Of a DNA stretch of 64,000 bases, positions 36,487 to 43,297 are shown in pieces. A program made the position numbers and the translations under genes. Where the stretch lies: contig DAOUJK010000041.1 of NCBI GenBank assembly GCA_034422795.1, positions 17,455 to 81,454 on the forward strand, read 5' to 3'. The notes under the pieces were generated by a model, which saw only the letters and a program-made list of their open reading frames with translations, was not told where the DNA came from and made no database searches. This DNA comes from Dehalococcoidia bacterium (lineage in GTDB: Bacteria > Chloroflexota > Dehalococcoidia > Lucifugimonadales > Australimonadaceae). Within the stretch, counting starts at the first letter, position 1. Every line of letters starts with the position of its first letter.

Positions 36487-37470
36487 ATGGCCACACTCGT
36501 AGGAACGTTCTTCCACTCCCACGGGGGCACGACGTCGCTCCCGCCCGAGCTATGGGTCGAGCGGCGCGCCGCCCGACCCATCCGTGACGATGTTCCGGTC
36601 GAGACGCTGGAGCAGAACGTTGCCAAGGCCAACCGCACGCACAAGGGCTTCCGCGTTCTGCGCGAGCGCATCGCCGAACTCAGCCCCGACGTGCTCGTCA
36701 TCTTCAGCGACGACCAGCTGGAGTGCTTCGACTTCAATAACTACCCTGCGTTCGCGGTCTACGTCGGCGACAGCTACGCGAAGTCGCCGCGCGAGCCGCG
36801 CACCCCGGAGATCGGACGCCACGCCGAGCCCGGCTACCGCTTCCCCGGCCACCCGGAGCTTGCGGTGCACCTGCTCTCCGGCGTCATGCAGCGCGGCTTC
36901 GACCCCGCCTTCTGCATGGACATGCCGAAGCCGGACCGCGGCCTCGCGGGCGGCGTCATCCGTTCCGTCGAGGAGCTGACCGACTTCTCCCTGCCATCCG
37001 TGCCCATCATGATGAACCTCTACTTCGCTCCGCAGGTGAGCGGCTTGCGCAGCTACCAGTTCGGCAAGGCCGTGCGCGAGGCGCTGGACGACGCGCCCGC
37101 CGACCTCCGCGTTGCCGTCGCGGCCTCGGGCGGACTCTGGCACACGCCGGGGATGCCGGGCGCGTGGCTGAACGAGGAGTTCGACCGCGCGATACTGGCC
37201 CGCCTTGAAGAGGGCGATGCCCGCGGCATGGCCGAGTACTTCGACGCCTACGTCATCCCGGAGGACGACACGAGCCAGGATGCCGCCTACCGGGGGCGCG
37301 TCAGCACCGGCATGCCGTCGCCGGGCGGCCCTGCGTTCGGCACGCGCGAGACTTGCGCGTGGATAGCGGCAGCCGCCGTCACCGAGGGCCGCCCCACCAC
37401 CATCGTCGACTACATCGAGGTCTACGCCTCCCCCGTCGGCAACGCCTTCGCCTACTGCGACGACGTGTGA
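36487..37470 (+). CDS. Class III extradiol dioxygenase, LigB family (paralogue 3)
   Basis: MATLVGTFFHSHGGTTSLPPELW...VAASGGLWHTPG. Ends ...VYASPVGNAFAYCDDV*. Confidence 0.8.
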   Translation: MATLVGTFFHSHGGTTSLPPELWVERRAARPIRDDVPVETLEQNVAKANRTHKGFRVLRERIAELSPDVLVIFSDDQLECFDFNNYPAFAVYVGDSYAKSPREPRTPEIGRHAEPGYRFPGHPELAVHLLSGVMQRGFDPAFCMDMPKPDRGLAGGVIRSVEELTDFSLPSVPIMMNLYFAPQVSGLRSYQFGKAVREALDDAPADLRVAVAASGGLWHTPGMPGAWLNEEFDRAILARLEEGDARGMAEYFDAYVIPEDDTSQDAAYRGRVSTGMPSPGGPAFGTRETCAWIAAAAVTEGRPTTIVDYIEVYASPVGNAFAYCDDV

Positions 37471-37592
37471 GAGGGGCGGGCTGATGCTGGAGTACAAGCG
37501 GGAGTTCCGTGCCTCGATCGATGCCTACTTGGACGGGTACACGGAGCTCGGCATCGAGCCGGTCGCGCCGACCGCAGCGCCCGTTGCGCCAT

Positions 37593-37662
37593 AGACATCG
37601 GCTGCATCCAGGTCCACGCCTCGCCCGTCAGCAACGTCTTCGCCTGCTGCGACGACGTGTGA
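37593..37662 (+). pseudogene. Detached copy 2 of the LigB-3 3' tail (fragment)
   Basis: Reads ..IDIGCIQVHASPVSNVFACCDDV* with its own TGA at 37660-37662. 5 mismatches over the last 51 nt versus 37420-37470. Confidence 0.75.
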
Positions 37663-38710
37663 GGGAGAGGTACTCGACAGTCGGTTAGTAAAGACCATAA
37701 AGTGTCACAGACGATTCTGATGCGACCAGGTACTGGAGGATACGTGAGTAGAACCTTCACGGTAACCGAGAAAGGAAACTTGGATAGGATTGCACTTATG
37801 CTGGCGACCCTGCGGGCGCTACATAGGCTCGGTGGCTCTGGTTCACTCCATGTAATCTACGAAACGGTACTCGTATTGGAAGAAGTACCACCCGAAGAGG
37901 CGTACATACTCGGTAGCAATGGCAAACTGAAGCTCAGATATGGATTAGATTGGTCTCGGACTATGTTGAAGCATGTGGGACTAGTGACAAACCCTAGGCA
38001 TGGTATCTGGGAGTTAACTTATGCAGGAAGAACCGAGTACACGTATGCAGACTTGAAGACAATATGGGAAATACATAAGAAAGGCGGCGATATATCCAAA
38101 GCGTACCCTCTTCAGAATGAAGAAGCGCCCTCAAATACCGCGCCAATAGCTGAGATAATCTTGGAAGAAGAAAATTCCACTGAACCGGAAGGACTGCTGA
38201 CGTCTATTCAAATGCAGGCGAAGATTGCTCAGATCGGTGCAACAATGCACTTTGACATCTGGGTGCCTCCTTCCGACAGAAGCCAAGTCAAAGGATATGT
38301 TGCGGTCGATTTGCACGGCAGGTTTGTCGAAGGAGAGTTGCCTCTCGGCTACAACAAAGAAACACTAAGCACCGTACGCCAGATTGATGTGCTCTGGCTT
38401 CAGGGTAACGCAATAGCAAGGGCATTTGAAATTGAGCATACTACTGCCGTCTACTCAGGCCTTCTACGCATGGCAGACCTGCTAGCGTTACAACCCAATA
38501 TCAATATCAAGTTACATATAGTTGCGCCAGATGAAAGGGAAAAGAAAGTGCTGTATGAAATCGGGCGCCCTGCTTTTTCTTCTTTGAACTTGCCTGCAAG
38601 TTGTTCATTTCTTTCTTACACTAAGATATGTGAATTTGCAGAACAATCCAATTTGGAATTTATGTCACATGCCGCTATCAGCAAATATGAAGTGAAGGCG
38701 AACGGCTGAT
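37663..38710 (+). mobile_element. Low-GC single-gene cassette (Mrr-like nuclease) between a LigB-tail copy and a Rieske-tail copy
   Basis: Hand-counted lines are about 48-50% GC versus about 70% in the flanks. Bounded exactly by the gene-tail fragments. No recombinase. Confidence 0.6.
37702..38709 (+). CDS. Mrr-like restriction protein: N-terminal Mrr_N winged helix plus C-terminal PD-(D/E)xK-like nuclease domain
   Basis: LRALHRLGGSGSLHVIYETV...RYGLDWSRTMLKHVGLVTNPRHGIWELTYAG resembles Mrr_N. The C-terminus has D-VLW..AFEIEHTT. Start uncertain (GTG 37702 or ATG 37720). Confidence 0.6.
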   Translation: MSQTILMRPGTGGYVSRTFTVTEKGNLDRIALMLATLRALHRLGGSGSLHVIYETVLVLEEVPPEEAYILGSNGKLKLRYGLDWSRTMLKHVGLVTNPRHGIWELTYAGRTEYTYADLKTIWEIHKKGGDISKAYPLQNEEAPSNTAPIAEIILEEENSTEPEGLLTSIQMQAKIAQIGATMHFDIWVPPSDRSQVKGYVAVDLHGRFVEGELPLGYNKETLSTVRQIDVLWLQGNAIARAFEIEHTTAVYSGLLRMADLLALQPNINIKLHIVAPDEREKKVLYEIGRPAFSSLNLPASCSFLSYTKICEFAEQSNLEFMSHAAISKYEVKANG

Positions 38711-38793
38711 CCCCTCTACTCCGGGAACACCGCCACGCTCTCGTCGCTCTTGGGCTGTAGCGCTGGTGGCCGTGGTAGATCATCCGCGTCTGG
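38709..38793 (-). pseudogene. Detached diverged copy of the Rieske-3 3' tail (fragment)
   Basis: Aligns to 40376-40463 at about 85% identity with a 1-nt deletion. Reads ..QTRMIYHGHQRYSPRA/DESVAVFPE* with TAG (CTA at 38716-38718). Confidence 0.75.
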
Positions 38794-38843
38794 TCTACGC
38801 CTCGCCGGTCGGCAATGCCTTCGCCTGCTGCGACGACGCGTGA
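38793..38843 (+). pseudogene. Detached copy 3 of the LigB-3 3' tail (fragment), fused directly to the Rieske-tail fragment
   Basis: GTCTACGCCTCGCCGGTCGGCAATGCCTTCGCCTGCTGCGACGACGCGTGA encodes VYASPVGNAFACCDDA*. 5/51 mismatches to 37420-37470. Confidence 0.75.
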
Positions 38844-38865
38844 GGGATAGGTTATACTCCGTTCG

Positions 38866-40371
38866 ATGCAGTCCCACTCCGGTCTTTTCTCGTCCCTCGC
38901 GTTGCTGCTGGCCGCTGTAGCTGCCTGCACGTCGTCGACACCAACGCCTGTCCCGACTGCAACACCGGCTCCAACGCCGACGCTGGCGCCCACGCCAACC
39001 GCCCTCATCCTGATGCCTGCACCGACCGCCGCGCCTGCTCCCACTCCAACCCCGATGCTGATCGTGGCGCCCACTCTCGTTCCAGCGCCTACCGCTGCGC
39101 CGGTAGAGCTATCGGCGGCGGACGCCGAAGCGCTGCTCCATGAGAACGCAGCCAGGGTGCGTGACGAGTTCATCCGCAACGCGGAGAACTGCCGCTTCAC
39201 CTACTCGTATGCCGGGCTGTCAGCAGTTCGTGAAGGCCGGGAAGGCTGGGAAGTAGAGAGGCATATGACTTTGCGGGATGGGCGGACGGTATCCTCAGGC
39301 AGCTCTACCAGCAGTAGCCACGGAGGCGTCGACGCTGCCCGGATACCGGAATACGGTCCTGATAATGACTACGACCCGGTTGAATGGTTCGGCGCGGAAT
39401 ACCAGAGTCTTGTTGACGGTGCCGATCGCGGGACCTATGCGGGCCGCTCAACCTACTTCGGGCAACCGGCCCTGCGTTATGAGACGCGTGTTGAACGTGA
39501 AGACGCGGATATGCCTGCATCGGCTCTCATCGTTACCGACCACCTGGTAGAGAACCCCTATGTCTTCATAGAGAACGAATACAGTGCCAACGCAGACGGG
39601 ACCCGGCAACTGGAGCGGCAGTTCATGCGGTATCGGTTCGAGCTGACACACTGCACTGCCGGTGGGGGGTACGATGCCGCCGCCGTTGCGGTGTGGAGAG
39701 CACTTGCAGAGAAGGCAGCAGACGTCTACACGTCGATACGCGATGGCCTCCTCGAAGGTTGTGAGATGACGTTCAGGGAGGATCACTACATGTGGTTGGA
39801 TTTCCGAGGGGACCCATTACCGGGTGGTTCTCTCGAAACGGAGGTACGTTACGTCATCGCTCGCAATGACGGAGGCTCCTGGCAGGTCACCCCGCAAGGG
39901 GTGGCTCGACAGGGAGAGCGTATCGTGGGCAGAACGACGCCTGAGGGGATATGGATGGTGCTGGACCCCTGGACTGGCGAATGGACAGAGCAACCTCCTG
40001 TCACTGAAGCCTATGAAGACCCCTTCGAGTTTCTCTCGGAGCACATCGCGGGCCTCGGTTATGCCAGGTTCGTAGACGAGGAAGGCCTCCCCCTGTCCAC
40101 TGATGACGGTCAACACTACCACTACCCCTACGCAGGTAAGACAGAGGTCGATGGGCGTCCGGCCGTACGGTATGAGAAGGTATCAACGGACAGCTATGCC
40201 ATAGATCCGGAAGATGGTCTCCGGCTATACGTTGAAGCGCATGAGTTCCTGGAAGACAACCCATTGCTGTTCCGCCGGAGCGACTATCTCCTGCTTCCCG
40301 ACGGCGAGATTCAGCCTTACGCGGAGAGCAGGGTCGAGGAGTTGGGACTGCAGGACTGCCCCGGCGCCTAG
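38866..40371 (+). CDS. Lipoprotein with a long Pro/Thr/Ala linker; otherwise hypothetical (501 aa)
   Basis: Lipobox AVAAC. A ~60-aa PT-rich low-complexity linker. Intermediate GC. Its TAG shares the CTAG tetranucleotide with the convergent Rieske stop. Confidence 0.65.
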   Translation: MQSHSGLFSSLALLLAAVAACTSSTPTPVPTATPAPTPTLAPTPTALILMPAPTAAPAPTPTPMLIVAPTLVPAPTAAPVELSAADAEALLHENAARVRDEFIRNAENCRFTYSYAGLSAVREGREGWEVERHMTLRDGRTVSSGSSTSSSHGGVDAARIPEYGPDNDYDPVEWFGAEYQSLVDGADRGTYAGRSTYFGQPALRYETRVEREDADMPASALIVTDHLVENPYVFIENEYSANADGTRQLERQFMRYRFELTHCTAGGGYDAAAVAVWRALAEKAADVYTSIRDGLLEGCEMTFREDHYMWLDFRGDPLPGGSLETEVRYVIARNDGGSWQVTPQGVARQGERIVGRTTPEGIWMVLDPWTGEWTEQPPVTEAYEDPFEFLSEHIAGLGYARFVDEEGLPLSTDDGQHYHYPYAGKTEVDGRPAVRYEKVSTDSYAIDPEDGLRLYVEAHEFLEDNPLLFRRSDYLLLPDGEIQPYAESRVEELGLQDCPGA

Positions 40372-41636
40372 CCAGGCATCCCGCCCTGCTCCGGGAACAT
40401 CGCCACGATCTCGTCGATGGCGGGGTTGTAGCGCTGGTGCCCGTAGTAGATCATCCGCGCCTGGTTGCGGTCCGGCGTGTAGTACACCTTCTCCTGGGTC
40501 ATCTCGATGCACTGGTTCGTCGCGGGGTCGCGGAACACGTTCATCGGGTCGCCCCCGTCCGCGACCGTCGCCATCGCCTCGTTCAGCATCCGGCGCAGCA
40601 TGATGACGCCCGTGTCGGACTCGCCGAGCTTCTCGCGCGTCCGGTCGGCGATGGGCGTCTGTGTCACCCACGCCATGAAGTCCTGCACCAGCGGCAGCTC
40701 CACGTTCAGCTCCCCGTTCGCGTCGTACAGCGGGATCTCGTAGTACGGCACCCGCTCCTGCGGCGGCACCTCCACCTCCGGCGGGAACTGGTAGCGCGTG
40801 TACACGACGTGCAGCGTGTTCTCGTCGTCGACGGGCACGCGGATCTGGAACTCCGTGCTCGTCGTGCCCGTGGTGGAGCGGAGGATGTTGGGGAACACCC
40901 ACGGGTGGCCGATCCTCCAGATGTCGTCCTCCTCGGAGCTCCCCTCGACGATGCGCTTTTTGAAGACGCCGTTGGCGAACTGCTGGAAGCCGATGCGCTG
41001 GTGGGGGCGCATCATCGCCTTGCGCCACGGCGGCACCTTCTCGCCCGTCTTCTGCGCGAGGTACCAGCCGTAGACGCCGTGCAGCCACTCCGCGTGGACG
41101 GGGTCGGCTGAGTTCTCCTGGCACTGGAGCCAGTTGCAGGGGAGCATCGTGAAGCCGATGTCGCGCCACGCGTGGTCGGTCACGAACAGGTCCCAGCGCG
41201 GGACGAGCGGCGCCGGCAGTGGCCCCATGTAGGCGAACAGCAGTCCGCCGAGCTCCTCGACCGGGTACGCCGTGACGCGCACCTTCTCCTTGAATCGCCC
41301 GTCCGGGTGGACCGTCTCTTCGAACGGCTGCTCGATGCACTGGCCGGTCTCGTCCATCATCCACCCGTGGTACATGCAGCGCAGCCCGTGCTCCTCGGGG
41401 ATGCCATACGACAGGTCGACGCGCCGGTGCGGGCAGAAGCGGTCGACCAGCCCCAGCGTCCCTGACTTGTCCTTGTAGAGGACGAGGTCCTCGCCCAACA
41501 GTCGGACGGCCTTCGTGGGACGCTCGTCCATCTCCGCGGCTGCCGCGATGGGGTGCCAGTAGCGGCGCATGAGTTCGCCCATCGGCGTCCCGGCGCCGAC
41601 CTGCGTGAGCCGTTCGTTCTCCTGCTGCGTGAGCAT
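40368..41636 (-). CDS. Rieske [2Fe-2S] ring-hydroxylating oxygenase alpha subunit (paralogue 3)
   Basis: CPHRRVDLSYGIPEEHGLRCMYHGW Rieske motif. GGAGGGAGGGAG RBS before the ATG at 41636. N-terminus nearly identical to paralogue 1. Confidence 0.85.
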   Translation of the reverse strand: MLTQQENERLTQVGAGTPMGELMRRYWHPIAAAAEMDERPTKAVRLLGEDLVLYKDKSGTLGLVDRFCPHRRVDLSYGIPEEHGLRCMYHGWMMDETGQCIEQPFEETVHPDGRFKEKVRVTAYPVEELGGLLFAYMGPLPAPLVPRWDLFVTDHAWRDIGFTMLPCNWLQCQENSADPVHAEWLHGVYGWYLAQKTGEKVPPWRKAMMRPHQRIGFQQFANGVFKKRIVEGSSEEDDIWRIGHPWVFPNILRSTTGTTSTEFQIRVPVDDENTLHVVYTRYQFPPEVEVPPQERVPYYEIPLYDANGELNVELPLVQDFMAWVTQTPIADRTREKLGESDTGVIMLRRMLNEAMATVADGGDPMNVFRDPATNQCIEMTQEKVYYTPDRNQARMIYYGHQRYNPAIDEIVAMFPEQGGMPG

Positions 41637-42034
41637 CCTGCTCCCTCCCTCCGTACGGACCGCTACCGCTGCGCGGGATTGTAGCGCACGCACTGCTGCC
41701 TGGCGCCCTCTCCTGGGGGAGAGGAACGCGCTTTAGCGTGCGGTGAGGGCCCTTGGGGCGGTGCGCGGGGGGCTGTCATGCTGAGCGAAGTCGAAGCATC
41801 TCTCGGGCAGGCTTGGCTCCCTCTCCTGAGGGAGAGGGCTGGGGTGAGGGCCCTGGAGGTGGACGAGGTGGTGCTCGGTGTGGGGGCTGTGACATCCGCC
41901 CCTTTCGCGGCCACCCCCGCATCACCTACGCTGGATGCATGACCGTCTTGTCGGCAGCACCCATAGACTGCGTCTATAGCTCGACCCTCAGCTATAGACC
42001 AGAGCTATGGCTCCGTAGCGGAACTTTGTTTCGA

Positions 42035-42184
42035 TGGCCCCCTTGCCCCCTTAATCGCGCGAAGCAGGCCGTGGCCTTGGAAACGCCTCATATTAAGGGG
42101 GCCATGTGGCCGGATTGGACATGCGGTTTACTCGTAATTTCGGATTAAGGGGGCCACGATTCCCGTGGGGTTGGCCACCTTAAT
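42035..42184 (+). repeat. Iteron-bearing ~150-nt intergenic module, locus 1 (13-mer ATTAAGGGGGCCA)
   Basis: 18-mer GAAGCAGGCCGTGGCCTT at 42061. 13-mers at 42092 and 42144, inverted at 42172. Doubled inverted copy at 42035-42055. Confidence 0.7.
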
Positions 42185-42212
42185 CGTGAGGTTGCTCAGT
42201 GGGCGCCTGGCA

Positions 42213-42293
42213 GGGAGTGCAGAGGGCAGAGCTCTCTGCCGGGGGTGTGGGGGTGTCCCCCACAGCGTATCGGGTGGGTGGGTGGGAAGAACA
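42213..42293 (+). repeat. Family-A intergenic element, copy 3
   Basis: GCAGAGGGCAGAGCTCTCTGC hairpin, GTGGGGGTGTCCCCCAC hairpin, then GGGTGGGTGGGTGGG. Lies 64 nt upstream of the next start codon. Confidence 0.7.
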
Positions 42294-42356
42294 ACACCCG
42301 CCGAGCGCGCAGCGGACGTATAATGCGCCCCAACAAGGGGTGTAAGGAGGCAGGCG

Positions 42357-43055
42357 ATGGCAACCTACGGTTTCGAGGACCACTGCTGGCAGGACGTGGT
42401 GAGCGCGGAAGACATCGAGCTCTACAAGCACTACCAGCGGGAACTGTTCGTCGGACGGCGTCCGGCGATACTGGCGATCGACCTCTACAACTCGGCGTAC
42501 CAGGGCGGCCCCCGCCCGGTGCACGAGGTGGCGAAGGAGTTCCCGAGCGCGTGTGGCGAGTACGCGTGGAACGCCATCGAGCCGACGAAGCAGCTCTTCG
42601 CTATGGCGCGCGCCCGCGGGTTCCCGGTCGTCTACACGACGGGCGAGGACCGGCCTGAGGCCCGCCCCAACCGTCTGCGCTCGACGAACCGCCGCCGGGC
42701 GAACCAGGGCGAGAACCCGTTCGGCATCTACGAGGCGTTCGCGCCTGAGCCGGAGGACCTCATCATCTACAAGCAGCGCGCGAGCGGCTTCTATGGGACG
42801 CCGCTGGTGGCGCAGCTCGTGCAGATGGGCGTCGACACGGTGCTGGTCTGCGGCGAGAGCACGAGCGGCTGCGTCCGGGCGTCCGTCGCTGACGCCTACT
42901 CCAACGGCTTCCACGTCGTCATCGCCGAGGAGTGTGTATACGACCGCGCCCTGCTGTCGCACAAGGTCAACCTGTTCGACATGCACCACAAGTACGCCGA
43001 CGTGATGCACCTGGACGAGCTCGCCGAGCACCTGGAGGCCTTCCCCGAGGCATAA
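42357..43055 (+). CDS. Isochorismatase-family cysteine hydrolase
   Basis: AILAIDLYN..., ...DTVLVCGESTSGCVRASVADAYSNGFHVVIAEECV is the catalytic Cys motif. AAGGAGG RBS. Confidence 0.85.
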   Translation: MATYGFEDHCWQDVVSAEDIELYKHYQRELFVGRRPAILAIDLYNSAYQGGPRPVHEVAKEFPSACGEYAWNAIEPTKQLFAMARARGFPVVYTTGEDRPEARPNRLRSTNRRRANQGENPFGIYEAFAPEPEDLIIYKQRASGFYGTPLVAQLVQMGVDTVLVCGESTSGCVRASVADAYSNGFHVVIAEECVYDRALLSHKVNLFDMHHKYADVMHLDELAEHLEAFPEA

Positions 43056-43072
43056 GGGGCCCCGCGCTAAGC

Positions 43073-43297
43073 CTACAGCTGGTCGAACTCGTCCGGCGTA
43101 AGCCCGGCCTGCCGCAGTATGCTGCGCAGGGTGCCGACGGCTACTTCCCTGTGGCGTGGGACGATTGTCGTTCGCAGGCCGCCGTCGCTCTCTCTGGCGA
43201 ACTTGACGTGGCTGCCTCGCTGGGTAGATTCCACGAAACCGGCTGCTGTGAGCTTGCGGGCGACCTCCCGGTAGGGCAGCGGTCTAACCGGCGGCAA
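43073..43297 (-). CDS. hicA: HicA-family mRNA interferase toxin
   Basis: YREVARKLTAAGFVESTQRGSHVKFARE...TIVPRH.EVAVGTLRSILRQAGL is the typical HicA/YcfA signature. Confidence 0.85.
   Translation of the reverse strand: MPPVRPLPYREVARKLTAAGFVESTQRGSHVKFARESDGGLRTTIVPRHREVAVGTLRSILRQAGLTPDEFDQL

Noticed and set aside
37483-37590. 35-codon ORF (MLEYKREFRASIDAYLDGYTELGIEPVAPTAAPVAP) between LigB-tail copies 1 and 2.
   Set aside because: It is too short and lacks a convincing RBS, so it is not called as a gene. It is kept only as a possible remnant of an earlier cargo in the cassette-array finding.
37400-40500. The idea that the stacked LigB-tail/Rieske-tail cassettes are purely a metagenome assembly chimera of strain variants.
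   Set aside because: This is not fully rejected. However, a simple graph mis-join would not create a direct Rieske-tail-to-LigB-tail junction (38793) with 10-15% diverged tail copies. It is listed as the main alternative to test by read mapping.
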